Part shown: positions 26,877 to 39,635 of the stretch, one piece after another
Layout of the letters: the number at the start of each line of letters is the position of its first letter
How positions within the stretch are numbered: the stretch's first letter is position 1
The notes under the pieces: model-generated
Told to the model about the DNA's origin: nothing
Seen by the model: the letters and a program-made list of their open reading frames with translations, nothing else
Databases searched by the model: none
From: Octopus sinensis
Taxonomy: Eukaryota
Length of the DNA stretch: 64,000 nt
NCBI RefSeq assembly: GCF_006345805.1
Contig: NC_042999.1
Coordinates: 158,224,001-158,288,000 of the forward strand
Reading direction: 5' to 3'
Program-made: the position numbers and the translations under genes

Positions 26877-27512
26877 GCATCTATATGTGTCTGTTACCAT
26901 GAAATATGAGATTTAATATGCAAAGTGAAGTGCAATGGAATGGAACGTTGTTTCCTTAAATTTTGTTATGTGACTATAGTTGAAGGAATCTAAGTTGTAA
27001 TTTTCCTCTGAGAGCTGTTTCGAGGATGCCTGGTTCATGGAATCTGTAGATGTTTTGTAGTAGTTGTTTAGGCTTCGTACTTGTAACTCTTGAAGACAAA
27101 AGGTTAAGGACGAGTGTAGAGTTGTTAGGACTGATAACGATATCTATAGTTTTTCTTTCAAAAAAGTAACCACATCCCGAGAACACCAGAACGGATACAA
27201 TTTAAGTTGGTGACATCTCTGTCGACAAACAATGTAATCATGAAATTTCAGAATGATGGAACACGTAGGTGGATAATTTTGCTAGATTATTGTGGAACAC
27301 GTAGTCAACAGTTTCCTGATGTCAAGGAAACAACTATGGTTTCGCCAAAAGGTCACACTACCATCATTAGATATTAAATCTTCATGGAGTAAATTTCTAT
27401 TTGGAATGTCTCTCTGAAACCGCGCAGTGACAACTAGGCAGAGACAGAGAAAACGGCTGTTTATGAGTGATTTGATCATATTTGAAGTTTAATAAAACTA
27501 CTTTATATAAAA

Positions 27513-27810
27513 CTAGCAGAATCGCCCGGCGTTGCTCGGATTTGTAAGGGAAATAACTATATAAGCATTTTTAGAGAGTTACTTCCCTTATATAATACCA
27601 AAAAATTGCATTAAAAATGGGAAAAAATTATGGTAAAATTTTTTTAAATCGTAGACTCATCGTAGACGCGCGCTAATACCCTGAAGGGCTCGATATGAAT
27701 CACGACTATAAGATACCCGCTTTTGGTTACACTGCACCGCAAAATGTAGGAGTAGTTAGGAATCTAAATCGTAGGAGACAGACACACAACTTCACTTTTA
27801 TATATAAAGA
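27513..27810 (-). mobile_element. Complete non-autonomous Helitron
   Basis: Minus strand: A|TC start at 27810, hairpin ccgagcaacgccggg, CTAG|T end at 27513; second copy at 30876-31283. Confidence 0.85.
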
Positions 27811-28774
27811 TTAGAGACAGAGAGGGGGAGAAGGGGAAAGAGAGAGAGAGGAACAGAGAAAGAGAGAGTGACAGACAGACAGACAGAGAAAGAGGGACAG
27901 AGAGGGAAAGAGAGAAAAAGAATGAAATTTTTGTTACTTAGTAACTTTATAAATGGCCCCAAGATTACATTACTCGAAGATCGTGAAAGGAACATTATCA
28001 CGATAGGTCACCCTGTTGTTCTAGAGTGACAGGGGGACAAGCTGTTGTTATTGTTTAATCTCAGATCATTTCAAATCGAGGAGACTTCTAATCAAGGCAT
28101 TCTAACCATGACCATCCTTTTTATCAAGCACTATTTATTGGATCACAGTGCTATATATATATTTTTAGGCGGCTAGATATAATTTGAGGAATATTAAACG
28201 GTTGACTGCATCATAAATTGTTCATTGTTACAGACGTGGCGACTGTGTTCCTCTGTCACGAGGCAAGAAGAATCGAGAAGGAGAGCCCGGCTGAATTTTT
28301 CCTTTGTGGACGCAAAAATTGGGTTGCAAATACAGTGAAGACTAGTGCTATTTGGAAAACAATGGTTATGTGGGCTCTGCAAGTTGATAGGGATTCCTTT
28401 GCAAAGGTCTTGAATCCTTGACTACAGAAAGAGAACATGAAGACCATACTAAGCAAAGAAGTATCTACTGGATGTCTTTCATGTATTAGGATTGTGAAGA
28501 AACTATTCTTAGTAGATAATGATAGGGATTCTCTTCAGATGCTGAAAGCAGTATTTCTTCCTCTAGTGATGCAGAGTAGTTGTTAATGAACAATATTTTG
28601 GACATTTTAGGCTGTGAAGTTATATTATGGGATATATTATGGGCGTCAGTTACTTGCTAAAAGAGTCCAGATGTTCACATGTGTAGTTCAATTTACTCTG
28701 ACTACTAACAACTAGCAGAGGCACCCGGCGTTACCCGAGAATGAAATTGTTCCTTATATTCGTATATTATCACT

Positions 28775-28961
28775 CTTCTTCTTCTTCTTCTTCTTCTTCT
28801 TCTTCTTCTTCTTCTTCTTCTTCTTCTTCTTCTTCTTCTTCTTCTTCTTCTTCTTCTTCTTCTTCTTCTTCTTCACACGATTAATACGTCTGTAAAACTA
28901 AAACTCTGTCTCTTTATTCATTTATATATTATTAGTTTCATCATCATCATCATCATCATCA

Positions 28962-29010
<49 letters not shown>

Positions 29011-29020
29011 GATTATTATT
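28775..29020. repeat. (CTT)n, (ATC)n and (ATT)n microsatellites
   Basis: Direct reading. Confidence 0.95.
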
Positions 29021-29263
29021 ATTTTGTATTATGAATTCAGAATTGATTTCATCATGTATCCCAACTGAATACCAAATGAGGTCATTTGGAAAGCAGAATT
29101 ATAATTCCTAATGTTTTTCAAGAGGTCCATGCTCCTTGGTGTGTTTCCCAAAAGCAATGTCTTCAAAGTATCTAGGGGGTGCACCAAACGTCGGTAAAAC
29201 AACCGTTCCTCCATCACAACTCATCTTGGTGGTTTCTCTTTCCCATTTCTTTCCTTTACAAAA

Positions 29264-29606
29264 TCCTCCCGCAACTCAACTTGATCGTCTGCTGCTGGAG
29301 AGGACCGACCAGGTAAAGGACCTGGGTATCTTGGTGGATTCTTCCTTTTCGCCTTCGGCCCAGTGCGTCCATGCTGCCAACAAAGCACGCGGAGTTCTGT
29401 TCTTGATTCGACGGTCATTCGGAATGCTCACAGCAGCCATATTCCTACCGCTCTATATCACGCTGGTGAGACCCATATTGGAGTACGGGATTCAAGCCTC
29501 TTTCCCTTATCTCCTCAAAGACATACAGCATCTCGAAAGAGTCCAGAAGCTGACTACCTGCATGGTTCTTGGTCTCAAGAATTTGTCTTATGAAGAAAGG
29601 CTGAAG
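29264..29606 (+). mobile_element. CR1-like LINE RT-region fragment, truncated at both ends, inside the Helitron ORF
   Basis: VKDLGILVDSSFSPSAQCVHAANKA...LVRPILEYG...LERVQK...SYEERLK; near-identical to 37315-37666. Confidence 0.88.
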
Positions 29607-30359
29607 CCCCAATATCGATCAATTTCTCATGTTTTTGGTTCATAGCTGAAAGCTGATCTTTTCCATGTTCCCTTAAAAGGCGTAACTCATTTGTCAAACA
29701 TATTCAGCCTATATTGATCAAGACTCTTACGTCTTTCCTCCGAGGAGAGGCGAAGTCTTGCAGCAACCGTTTGCTCCAGGTTTTTTCCTTTGTCTCATCT
29801 TTCGCTGACCTTTGGTCTCATTGGTAACTATGGTAGCTTGTCTTTGTCTTGTATCCTTTAAACGGTTTTCCTTTTTGACTCTTGGTTCCTGCAGATTGCA
29901 TTTTGCTGACGTAATTGTCCCAACCGGTTTTCTCATACTTCTTGTGACTCATTGGCCCTGCGTGCAGCAGCTCTTTTTAGGTCGTTTTCATGTCTTTGCT
30001 GTCGTTGTGCAGGGGTCTCTAGTGATCTTACTCTGGCTACCTGAACTTGTATTTCCTTCACTGTAGGATACTGATCACCTACATCTACTTAGTCTCCTCT
30101 TGTAGAAATTGAGAACATTTTTCTCGGAAACTTTTTGGAAAATTAAAATAGGGGATTAAATGAAGAAATGCGTGAAAGTTACGGGAATATCTTCACAAGA
30201 GTGATTGAAATAAATTGGGATAGTGGAACACCGCACGCACACACACACACACATACACACACACACACACGCCACACACACATATACACACACGCACACA
30301 CGCACACACACACATACACACACACGCACACACACATACACACACACATACACACACAC

Positions 30360-30428
<69 letters not shown>

Positions 30429-30620
30429 TTAGTATCAAACATTAGCGTCTCTTTCTCTCCCGCTTTGCCGCTCACTTTGTGAAACTTGTGAAACTTGTTT
30501 CTTTCTGTCTGTTTCTTTCTCTGTTCTCTCTTTGCCTTTTTTCTTATTCTTTGTTTCTCTCGCTAACACATATTTTTTCTCACCCTCTGTTATAGTTTCT
30601 CTCATTTAGTCTTTTCTGTT

Positions 30621-30667
<47 letters not shown>

Positions 30668-30875
30668 CTAACTCACTCACACACTTACACTACTTACATT
30701 TCTCTCTTTCCCGACAAACGTCGTGACGAATGAGGGGATGCAGGAGGAGGAGAAGTAAAGAGCCACTTCCTCACTTTGCTTCTCTGTTTCTTTCTCTCCC
30801 CTCTCACTCCCTCATTGGCATCATGCTCAGGCATACAAATATACAGGCATCTGCTAATATATAAATATATATATA

Positions 30876-31283
30876 CTAGCAGTATCGCCCGGCGTTGCTC
30901 GGGTTTGTAAGGGAAATAACTATATAAGCATTGTAAAGTATAAAGCCATATTGTAAAGTATAATAGCCATCTCAATAGGGTTAACCACAAGGGGGGGGGT
31001 ATTACTGTAGCTTTTTACGTTCTGAGATTTAATAATAAATTTTTAGAGAGTTACTTCCCTTATATATGCCAAAAATGCATTAAAAATGGGAAAAATTGAT
31101 GGTAATTTTTTTTTTAAATCGTAGGCTCATCGTAGACGCGCGCTAATACCCAGAAGGGCTCGATATGAATCACGACTATAAGATACCCGGTTTTGGTTAA
31201 ACTGCACCGCAAAATGTGGGAGTAGTTAGGAATCTAAATCGTAGGAGACAGACGGCACACAACCTCACTTTTATATATAAAGA
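30876..31283 (-). mobile_element. Complete non-autonomous Helitron (longer variant)
   Basis: Same termini as 27513-27810 plus ~110 bp of internal sequence. Confidence 0.85.
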
Positions 31284-31777
31284 TATAGATTATCATAGCA
31301 TTCGAAGAATACAAATGTAATAATGAAATGGCTCAGAATGAAATGCAGAATAAAGAATGAATCAAAATTGCTTAAATTCCTCCATGAATGCTGAAACTTA
31401 CCTCAGAAATAACGTGGCGTCGATTCAATCCAATAAATTCTAAATCCGGCGTATCTCATTTAAAAGGAGACTAAAGGAGCTAAAAGGGAGACTAAGCGAA
31501 ACAAACAGAAAGGAAAGAGACAACGTAAAATTTTCGATAATTGTTTTCTGGTATTTGGCAACGTTAATATATTCTACATATTTCCTGTCATTCTATTTAA
31601 AACGATAGTTTTATAATTCCATTTACCCACAGCAAATAGATACAACAATTTTTTGTTGCTTCGTATAAACAAAAATATTCCCCATAAAGTAGAATAATTA
31701 TATTTTGTAAATATCTCTTGAATCTATTTCGCCTTTCTCCATTTTCATCAGTTGCAAAACATTTTGCCATACATAAA

Positions 31778-31827
<50 letters not shown>

Positions 31828-31879
31828 AGACACACACATACACGCACACACACACACATGCGCACACACATTCTCTCTT

Positions 31880-31928
<49 letters not shown>

Positions 31929-32284
31929 TTATACTCACACATATTCAGCTATCTAATTTTATTTATACATACACATATATGCATGTATATATATATATAT
32001 ATAAGGACATACTTCTTTATGTCCTTAACATGTCCCTGTTACCAAAGACTGTATATATACATGTAATGTGGCAATTATGTAAATTTTTTTGAATTCATAA
32101 TATTCTATGTTACTTTTGACAATCTTTTTCCAAAGAGTGGAACCGGTTAAGTAAATAAACATCTTTTAAATTGCATTTTCAAACCTTCTTTCGTATATAA
32201 TTCCACTCGTGCGATATCCCACAACTCAACTTTGTTATATATATATATATATATACATATACGTATATGCTTACATGTATATAC

Positions 32285-32329
<45 letters not shown>

Positions 32330-32529
32330 TAAGCTATAATTTTGCTTTGGTAATTATTATTTAGGGTTATGTTTAGATAATATCTTTGGTAAATGATATA
32401 ATGCCATATCTTTGTCTATCTTCTATCCTATATATGTATATATATATATTTATACTCATACATATTCAGCTATCTAATTATATATACATACACATATATG
32501 CATGTGTATATATATATGTACATATATGT

Positions 32530-32738
32530 ATATGCGTTAGCGAGTTTTTTCCTCCGTCTTCCCTTCTCTGGATCTTTCCTTTTCCTATGTTTCTGACGTG
32601 GAGCTCTGCTCGAAACGTTAAACCCTCCTTCTTCCCTTCCTTCCTGAGCGTCCAATAATACTATATTTGTTCCACGTCCTCGCACTGTTGTGTTTTCTCT
32701 TCGTGTTTTCATGTTTGGATTAAATTTACGCATATACG

Positions 32739-32770
<32 letters not shown>

Positions 32771-32893
32771 ATATAACGGGAAGCTTTATGAAAATAGACA
32801 AAAGACGAAGGCAGGTGGAAAACAAACAAACAATTGTATTAGTATGGCGCTCAGGAAATATAAATAAAACAAGTCTTTAACGTTTCGAGCCTA
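32530..32893. mobile_element. Penelope-like terminal-repeat fragments with hammerhead relics
   Basis: + strand gttt-CTGACGT-g-gagc(tct)gctc-GAAA-cg-T-T-aaac (32589-32623, A9 mutated), homologous to 44960-45190. Minus-strand 3' half gctcGAAAcgttaaag at ~32875-32891. Confidence 0.7.
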
Positions 32894-33221
32894 ATATATA
32901 CATATACGCATATGCTTATATGTATATATATATATATATTATATATATATATTATATATATATATATATATATATTCATAAACTATAATTTTGCTTTGGT
33001 AATTATGATTTAGGGTTACGTTTAGATAATATCTTTGGTAAATGATATAATGCCATATCTTAGTCTATCTTCTATCCTTTTATAACATCCCAGACAACAG
33101 TTCGTGAAGCCATCTCTTGTTTTGCAGATTTATTTTGATCTCCAGTAAGAAGTAGAAAGTATTTTGAACTCCACTAGGGAGTTTTAGATCTTCCGAGTAC
33201 TAGTCTGGTGGTCACCTAATA

Positions 33222-33408
33222 CAGTGCTCGGCAACCCTTTATTCACTTTTGCGGTACACATAATATTTTCAAAATTAGGCGGCACACCTGAGCTAAAAAT
33301 ATAACCTAAAGTATAGTGAAAAAAATTATAGTCAGGTTACACTGCACTACATCTAGCATCGTCTCGTGGCACACCAGTGTGCCGTGGCATACCGGTTGCG
33401 GAGCACTC
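33222..33408. mobile_element. hAT (Charlie-like) MITE
   Basis: TIRs cagtgctcggcaacc / ggttgcggagcactc; 8-bp TSD acctaata / atctaata (7 of 8 match); subterminal ggcacacc repeats. Confidence 0.8.
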
Positions 33409-33659
33409 ATCTAATATTCGCGTATACTAGCGTATTGTAACCTATGGGATATATAAGCATACACGCACGCACGCACACACATACACATACACAAACACAC
33501 AGGCACACACACAGAGGCACACACAAACATGTACATATACATTTCGGCAACAATCTCATTTCTGAGGGGAAGTAACACCCTGAAGGCATTTTGAAACAGC
33601 TGCTGATGATGTGATATCTTCCTAGTGTTGTGTGACAGAATTTTTATTTCCTGTCGCAA

Positions 33660-33690
<31 letters not shown>

Positions 33691-33732
33691 TGTATGTATG
33701 TATGTATGTATGTATGCATGCATGCATTTATG

Positions 33733-33763
<31 letters not shown>

Positions 33764-33894
33764 GTATGTATGCATGTATGTATGTATGTATGCATGCATG
33801 CATTTATGTATGTATGTATGTATGTATGTTTGTATGTATGTGTGTGTGCATGTATGTATGTTTGTATGTATGAATGTATGCATGTATGTAAGTG

Positions 33895-33930
<36 letters not shown>

Positions 33931-33931
<1 letters not shown>

Positions 33932-34224
33932 GCGAGACAGATGAGTGGCAACCTGGCCACTGGTGGTGGTGTAACACACCATAATAATCATATCTGTTGG
34001 GCATTTGGAAGAGAGTGTAATTCGGCAGGAGGACTTAAACGACATGCAAAGTTACATGAAGCCCAGTTACAACTACAGCCGGCAATTACCAGTAAAGGTT
34101 TTAGTTGCCAATTCTGTACAAGACATTGTAGATCTTTAGCTGGGCTAAAATGTCACATTCGATCACAGCACCAATAACAGTTAAGCTTCGTGCAATGGCC
34201 ATACTCGATAACGAGGGGGCAGCC
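33931..34224 (+). mobile_element. 5'-truncated RTE-like LINE 3' end with two C2H2-type fingers, inside (TATG)n
   Basis: ICWAFGRECNSAGGLKRHAKLH and SCQFCTRHCRSLAGLKCHIRSQH, then a short 3' UTR ending gagggggcagcc; TATG repeats on both sides. Confidence 0.65.
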
Positions 34225-34708
34225 ATAATGTATGTATGTATGTATGTTTGCATGTATACATGTTTGTTCTCTTCTGGTTTTAATTATTTGAAAAACAAAT
34301 TCTCATTTTAAACTCGAGAAATGTCTTGCACAATTTTACTTTTCCACTGACAGATCTTATAAGTAATATATGAATTAGCTCGTTGATTCATTTTCCCGAC
34401 AACCCAAGCTTTTACAGACTGTCATTTAGGCACCTATTCACAAAACCAAGTGCACCAATTTTTATTGGTATCAGTTTGAATCTATAATCTAGATAAAGAA
34501 ACTGGAGGATTTGAAACAGTTTTCCGGAGTTATCCTGTTTCTCTTTGAATTTTGAACTGATATTCACACAATTTAACATCTATGACTGAACCTACTTTTA
34601 CTTGTCTGTCTCAAGCAACAATGTCCGGCCTGTTACTTAACAGTAACTTAACGGCCTGCACACTTAACAGAAATTTCGATGTAAATGTTCTGCTACTTTT
34701 CCTTGTAT

Positions 34709-35757
34709 AGATGTTTGGGTAATGAATGCTTGTCTGTCTGTCCGTCCGTCTGTCCGTCCGTCTATCTGTATGCATGTATATGTGTATGCACATATACATA
34801 TATATTTATGTATGTTTATGTGTGCCTGCGTGTATAAGTGTTTTAATACCTGTATCTCTTTTACTCTCTTTTACTTGTTTCAGTCATGCAGGAGCATCGC
34901 CTTTAGACGAGCAAATTGATCACAGGACTTATTCCTTGTAAGCCTAGTACTTATTCTATCGGTCGCTTTTGCTGAACCGCTAAGTTACGGGGACGTAAAC
35001 ACACCACCATCGGTTGTCAAGTGATGGGATAAACACAGACACACAAACATATACACACACACATACATATACATATATACGACAGGCTTCTTTCAGTTTC
35101 TTTCTACCAAATCCACTCACAAGGCTTTGGTCGGCCCGAGGCTATAGCAGAAGACACTTGCCCAAGGTGCCACACAGTGGGACTGAACCCGGGACCATGT
35201 GTTGGTAAGCAAGCTACTTACCACACAGCCACTCCTGCATGTACGTGTGTGCTTGTATGTTTTTTTATGTATGCATAATCGTTCAGCGTTCCAAAATATT
35301 TCTGAATTATGTAAACAGACGAAAGAAATAGATATGTTTTCGCATATTTGTTTACGAATTCAAATACAGACGCATACACAAACGCCCATACGCACAAATA
35401 AAGCCACATACACTTATAAACACATGGATGCATACACATAAACACACACAACATACATATCATTTCATACACAAATAACTCAAAACTATGAGTACACTTA
35501 ACGCGAACAATATAAACTGTACGAAATGATTATAGTTGTGTTGATATATTTACATTTTTAGAGTCGTATTTACTCAAGTTCCATTATTGTAATATAATCG
35601 AGCCATCATTGAAATAGATCCATCATCATTGTTTTTACGTCGACCTCGAATACTAGCTAAACTAAAAGTAAATTTAATTATGATGTTATCATTATGCCTT
35701 TCATTATGTCTTTCTCTTTTTGTCTCTCCTCTTTCTCTACGCTCTTTATATATAATA
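34709..35757 (+). repeat. Inverted segmental duplication, copy 1 (contains SINE A 34856-35238)
   Basis: Reverse complement of ~40209-41617, including non-repetitive sequence such as gtttttacgtcgacctcgaatactagc. Confidence 0.9.
34856..35238 (-). mobile_element. SINE family A
   Basis: Full head-to-tail match to other copies. Confidence 0.9.
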
Positions 35758-35805
35758 GTATATATAATATATATATGTATGTATGTATCTATATATGTAT
35801 ATATG

Positions 35806-35836
<31 letters not shown>

Positions 35837-35849
35837 GTATTTATATATG

Positions 35850-35930
<81 letters not shown>

Positions 35931-35933
<3 letters not shown>

Positions 35934-36330
35934 GGAGTAAGCACATAGGTATGAAACAAGGTGGAAAAAAGAATAACTCAAATACCAGAGGTAGAGTAAT
36001 ATGCTTTATTTAAAAGCTGCAGAAATATAACAAAACCTGTTACTCAGAGTTTCACGTTCCCGTTCGTCGGACAGTTTTGTTAAAATAGAACAGAAATAAT
36101 GATATCAAAACTAGTTAAAGGATACACCTTTAAAAATGGATTTATTTCATTGGTCCTTTCAAATAACGGTCTTAAGCATGCAATGAACAAAATAAACAGA
36201 ATAAATGAATTCAGCATAAATTCATCCTATTATAAAAATCGAGGAAAACCTTAAATCAAAGAGCGGATTCAAAATACGTATTGCAAATAATTATATACGA
36301 AATATAATTCGATTAATACAATCAATACAT
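35931..36330 (-). mobile_element. Penelope-like terminal repeat (same family as 14433-14670), not folded back
   Basis: accggagtaa...aggtggaaaaaag...aacctgttactc; abuts (TA)n. Confidence 0.75.
36037..36074 (-). ncRNA. Minimal hammerhead ribozyme, C4 core, intact stems
   Basis: ctgt-CCGACGA-acg(ggaa)cgt-GAAA-ctctgag-TA-acag. Confidence 0.72.
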
Positions 36331-36506
36331 TAAAAATAAAAGTTAAAGTTAAAAATTTTCACGCTGCATTACATAAATATTTTACAACAGTATATACGCA
36401 TACTAAACCATCAATATACATATATTCATCAAAATACACAGACTACATACATATGGAGTCATATATATGTAAGACGTAAATATACACAGAAATACACATA
36501 TTCATA

Positions 36507-36916
36507 TACTCTTTTATTCTCTTACTTGTTTCAGTCATTTGACTGCAGCCATGCTGGAGCACCACCTTTAATCGAGCAACTCGACTCGGGGACTTATTCT
36601 ATTGTAAGCCCAGTACTTATTCTATCGATCTCTTTTGCCGAACCGCTAAGTTACGGGGATATAATCACACCAGCATCGGTTGTCAAGCAATGCTAGTGGG
36701 ACAAACACAGACACACAAACACACACACGCATATATATATATACATATATACGACGGGCTTCTTTCAGTTTCAGTCTACCAAATCCACTCACAAGGCTTT
36801 GGTCAGCCCAAGGCTATAGTAGAAGACACTTGCCCAAGGTGCCACGCAGTGGGACTGAACCCAGAACCATGTGGTTGGTAAACAAGGTACTTACCACACA
36901 GCCACTCCTGCGCCTA
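36507..36916 (-). mobile_element. SINE family A
   Basis: Full-length match. Confidence 0.9.
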
Positions 36917-37247
36917 TATGTATACATATGTATGCAATCATGTTCGCATGAAAAAATCAGTTGGTGTATACATATAGACGAGAAGTAAAACGCAGAGAGG
37001 GGGAAGGAAAAGAAAGGGGGGGATCTTATATGTATCAGTTAGCGAGAGAAAGAGGTGAGTAAGAGAAGGGGAGAGGCGCGCAAATTTAAAGGACTCTATA
37101 CAAGTAACGAATAGGGGGAGAAAAAATACTCTTCCGTAAGGTAGGAAAAGAAAGACAGAAAGAAAGATGGGAGGCTGAATATGTATAACGAACGTATACA
37201 AAATAAAATTAAGTATACATGTGTATATAAAATTGTATATTAGCAAT

Positions 37248-38056
37248 CAGGTCTAACGAATGGGACCTGTGTCTGAACGTGTCAAAGTGCTGTCATCTGG
37301 CTGTTGGTTCTCTCCTCCTGCAACTCAACTTGATTTCTAGCCGGGTCGTCTGCTGCTGGAGAGGCCCGACCAGGTAAAGGACCTGGGTATCTTGGTGGAT
37401 TCCTCATTTTCGCCTTCGGCCCAGTGCGTCCATGCTGCCAACAAAGCACGCGGAGTTCTGTTCTTGATTCGACGGCCATTCGGAATGCTCACAGCAGCCA
37501 TATTCCTACCGCTCTATGTCACGCTGGTGAGACCCATATTGGAGTACGGGATTCAAGCCTCTTTCCCTTATCTCCCCAAAGACATACAGCATCTCGAAAG
37601 AGTCCAGAAGCTGGCTACCCGCATGGTTCTTGGTCTCAAGAATTTGTCTTATGAAGAAAGGCTGAAGACGCTCGACCTTCATTCTCTAGAAAAACGCCGC
37701 AGCCGTGGTGATCTCATTCTTGCTCACATCATAAGCGGAAAGTGTAACCTCTCGAAAGAGCTGTTCTTCACGCCTGCTCCAGAGCGTCGGCTGCGGGGTC
37801 ACTCCGAAAAGCTCTATCTGTGACGAATTCATCTCAATCGAAGGAGAGGGGCTTTCTCCATCCGGGTTGCGGATCCGTGGAATAAGCTGCCGGCCGGGAT
37901 GGTGAAGATGCCGACGACCGATCGATTCAAAGTCTCCCTTGACCACAAGTGGCCTGAACACTTTACATGAACACCACCCTGTACATAACTCCATGTCCCC
38001 CTACATGGCCTTGCTTTTTGCTTTTTGAGCCAAAAATTGATTAACTAATTAACTAA
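37248..38056 (+). mobile_element. 5'-truncated CR1-like LINE
   Basis: WDLCLNVSKC...VKDLGI...RPILEYG...RRSRGDLI...RLRGHSEKL...FSIRVADPWNKLP; 3' tail (taac)n. Confidence 0.9.
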
Positions 38057-38199
38057 ATTAACATATAAGAACGCATATATAAATATATGGAAATAAGTAC
38101 CTAAATACACATCCACACAAATCCAAGTGAATACATGCATACATATACATCCATGTATGTATATGCACAAGTATAAACATACACGCTTACTAACACATA

Positions 38200-38960
38200 T
38201 ATAAGGAATAGTGGATTCTCTGAGAAAATCCAATATAGCCAACTTAATGCTTGCAATAATGCTACACGTAGAACTAAGACTCTAGGACTAGGAAAGTTTT
38301 GTGGTTTAACCCAGAATATGGCCAGATAAACAAATATAGGTAGGGAATTCTTAAAATTAGTCTCTAGACATTTTCAACCTGACCATAAGTTTTATAGAAT
38401 ATTTAATAGAAGAACGCTTTAGATCAGCTATAAAAACTTAGCCTCTTTTATTAACCAACATAACAGTAGGATAATTGTTAATAATCATAGTGCCGATTCT
38501 CCTCTCAAAAATTGTAATTGGGTCCTCCTGTCCGTTGGAAGGAAAATGTCTGGAGAAAGGAATCGTGTATAGAGCCAAGGTGCCGAATGAAGGCTCAAGC
38601 GAATATGGAACATATACATGGGCTTCTGAAAATTCTTTCAAAACCCGATTTTATTCGCATAAAAATTCCTTCAGATACCCCGAAAATAGGACGAAGACCA
38701 GCCAGGCAAAATATGTCTGGAAATTAAAAGAAAAAGAAGCCCGACCGTTCAATGTGTCATGGAGTATTTTGGATAAAGCTGCACCTTACAGGCACGGTGC
38801 ACATAAAAGACTCATCAAATGTGATTTATGCCTGCTAGAAAAATATGTCATTTTATTCCAGGACAAAACCTCTTTAAATCAAAGACGCGAAATCTTGAAT
38901 TCCTACAGACACGCAACTGAATTTAGAATGTCGGCTAGCAATATACCATATGGATAGAGT
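38200..38960 (+). mobile_element. Penelope-like element: linker plus GIY-YIG endonuclease (decayed)
   Basis: KVLWFNP...TNIGREFLKL..RHF...IFNR linker, then CPLEGKC..KGIVYRAKV...FKTRFYSHKNSF...WSIL...CDLCLLEK...LNQRRE...RH. Confidence 0.9.
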
Positions 38961-39250
38961 ATATTTTTGATTCTTGGATTAGTTTTTAATCACACTGTTG
39001 GATTTGTTTCTTATTATACATGATTTATTTCGCATCGCAAAGTTATTGTATATATTTTGACATATTCCTTAAGAAAAACCTTCGACTGTTATATATACAA
39101 AAATTATTTTCTTGTTTCAGATTCTTCTTTTATTTTATTTCATTTTATTGTATTTTATAAACCCACTTTAATCGTTTAATTTATAGATAATTCGATATAA
39201 GGTGTACTATTTTGCATGTCTGTTATCAGACATGTGTGTGTTTGCTTTTG

Positions 39251-39381
39251 TGTCTGAAAGATGAGTCAAAGGAAAAGAGAAGGAGAGGAAGAAGGAAGAG
39301 AGAAAGAAGAAAAATGTGCTGACATCTTTCCAGCTGGTCCGCTCTTTCAATGGGGAGTGATTCTTGGCTTTTAGAAATGAC

Positions 39382-39414
<33 letters not shown>

Positions 39415-39589
39415 CAGTACTACACATATGTATATATACATAAATAAAAACATTCTTACATCCAAATTCTCCTACCCATATTAGCACAAGAACCAAACAT
39501 TCGATTGAAAGAACTGAAAAGCGGTATAGATGTCAACGCAATTATTTCTTCTTCCTCTCTTCCTCAGATACACAGGCACCCACACACAT

Positions 39590-39635
<46 letters not shown>

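Larger units (their letters stand above)
25950..28700 (-). mobile_element. Heavily decayed APE-type LINE (Jockey/CR1 superfamily) interrupted by a SINE, microsatellites and a Helitron
   Basis: Minus fragments in colinear order: KESLS...HCF..S.....AK.KF linker (~28300), GFR...GETIVVS-LDIRK...AKLSTY RT motifs (~27250-27430), post-RT debris (~26000-26350). Confidence 0.5.
28712..30870 (-). mobile_element. Deleted autonomous-type Helitron: 3' CTAG/hairpin, Rep/Hel N-terminal coding relic, 5' end uncertain
   Basis: 3' end at 28712. Minus translations: STPR-like repeats ETPAQRQQRHENDLKRAAARRANESQEV (~29900-30050), WKRSAFSYEP and IDIG (~29610-29680), FCKGKKWERE..MSCDGGTVVLP and LLKNIRNYNSAFQMTSFG (29060-29260). 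Confidence 0.75.

Noticed and set aside
29740-29775. ccgaggagaggcgaag as a hammerhead core
   Set aside because: Lies inside the Helitron reading frame (RLRLSSEERRK on minus) and lacks stems.
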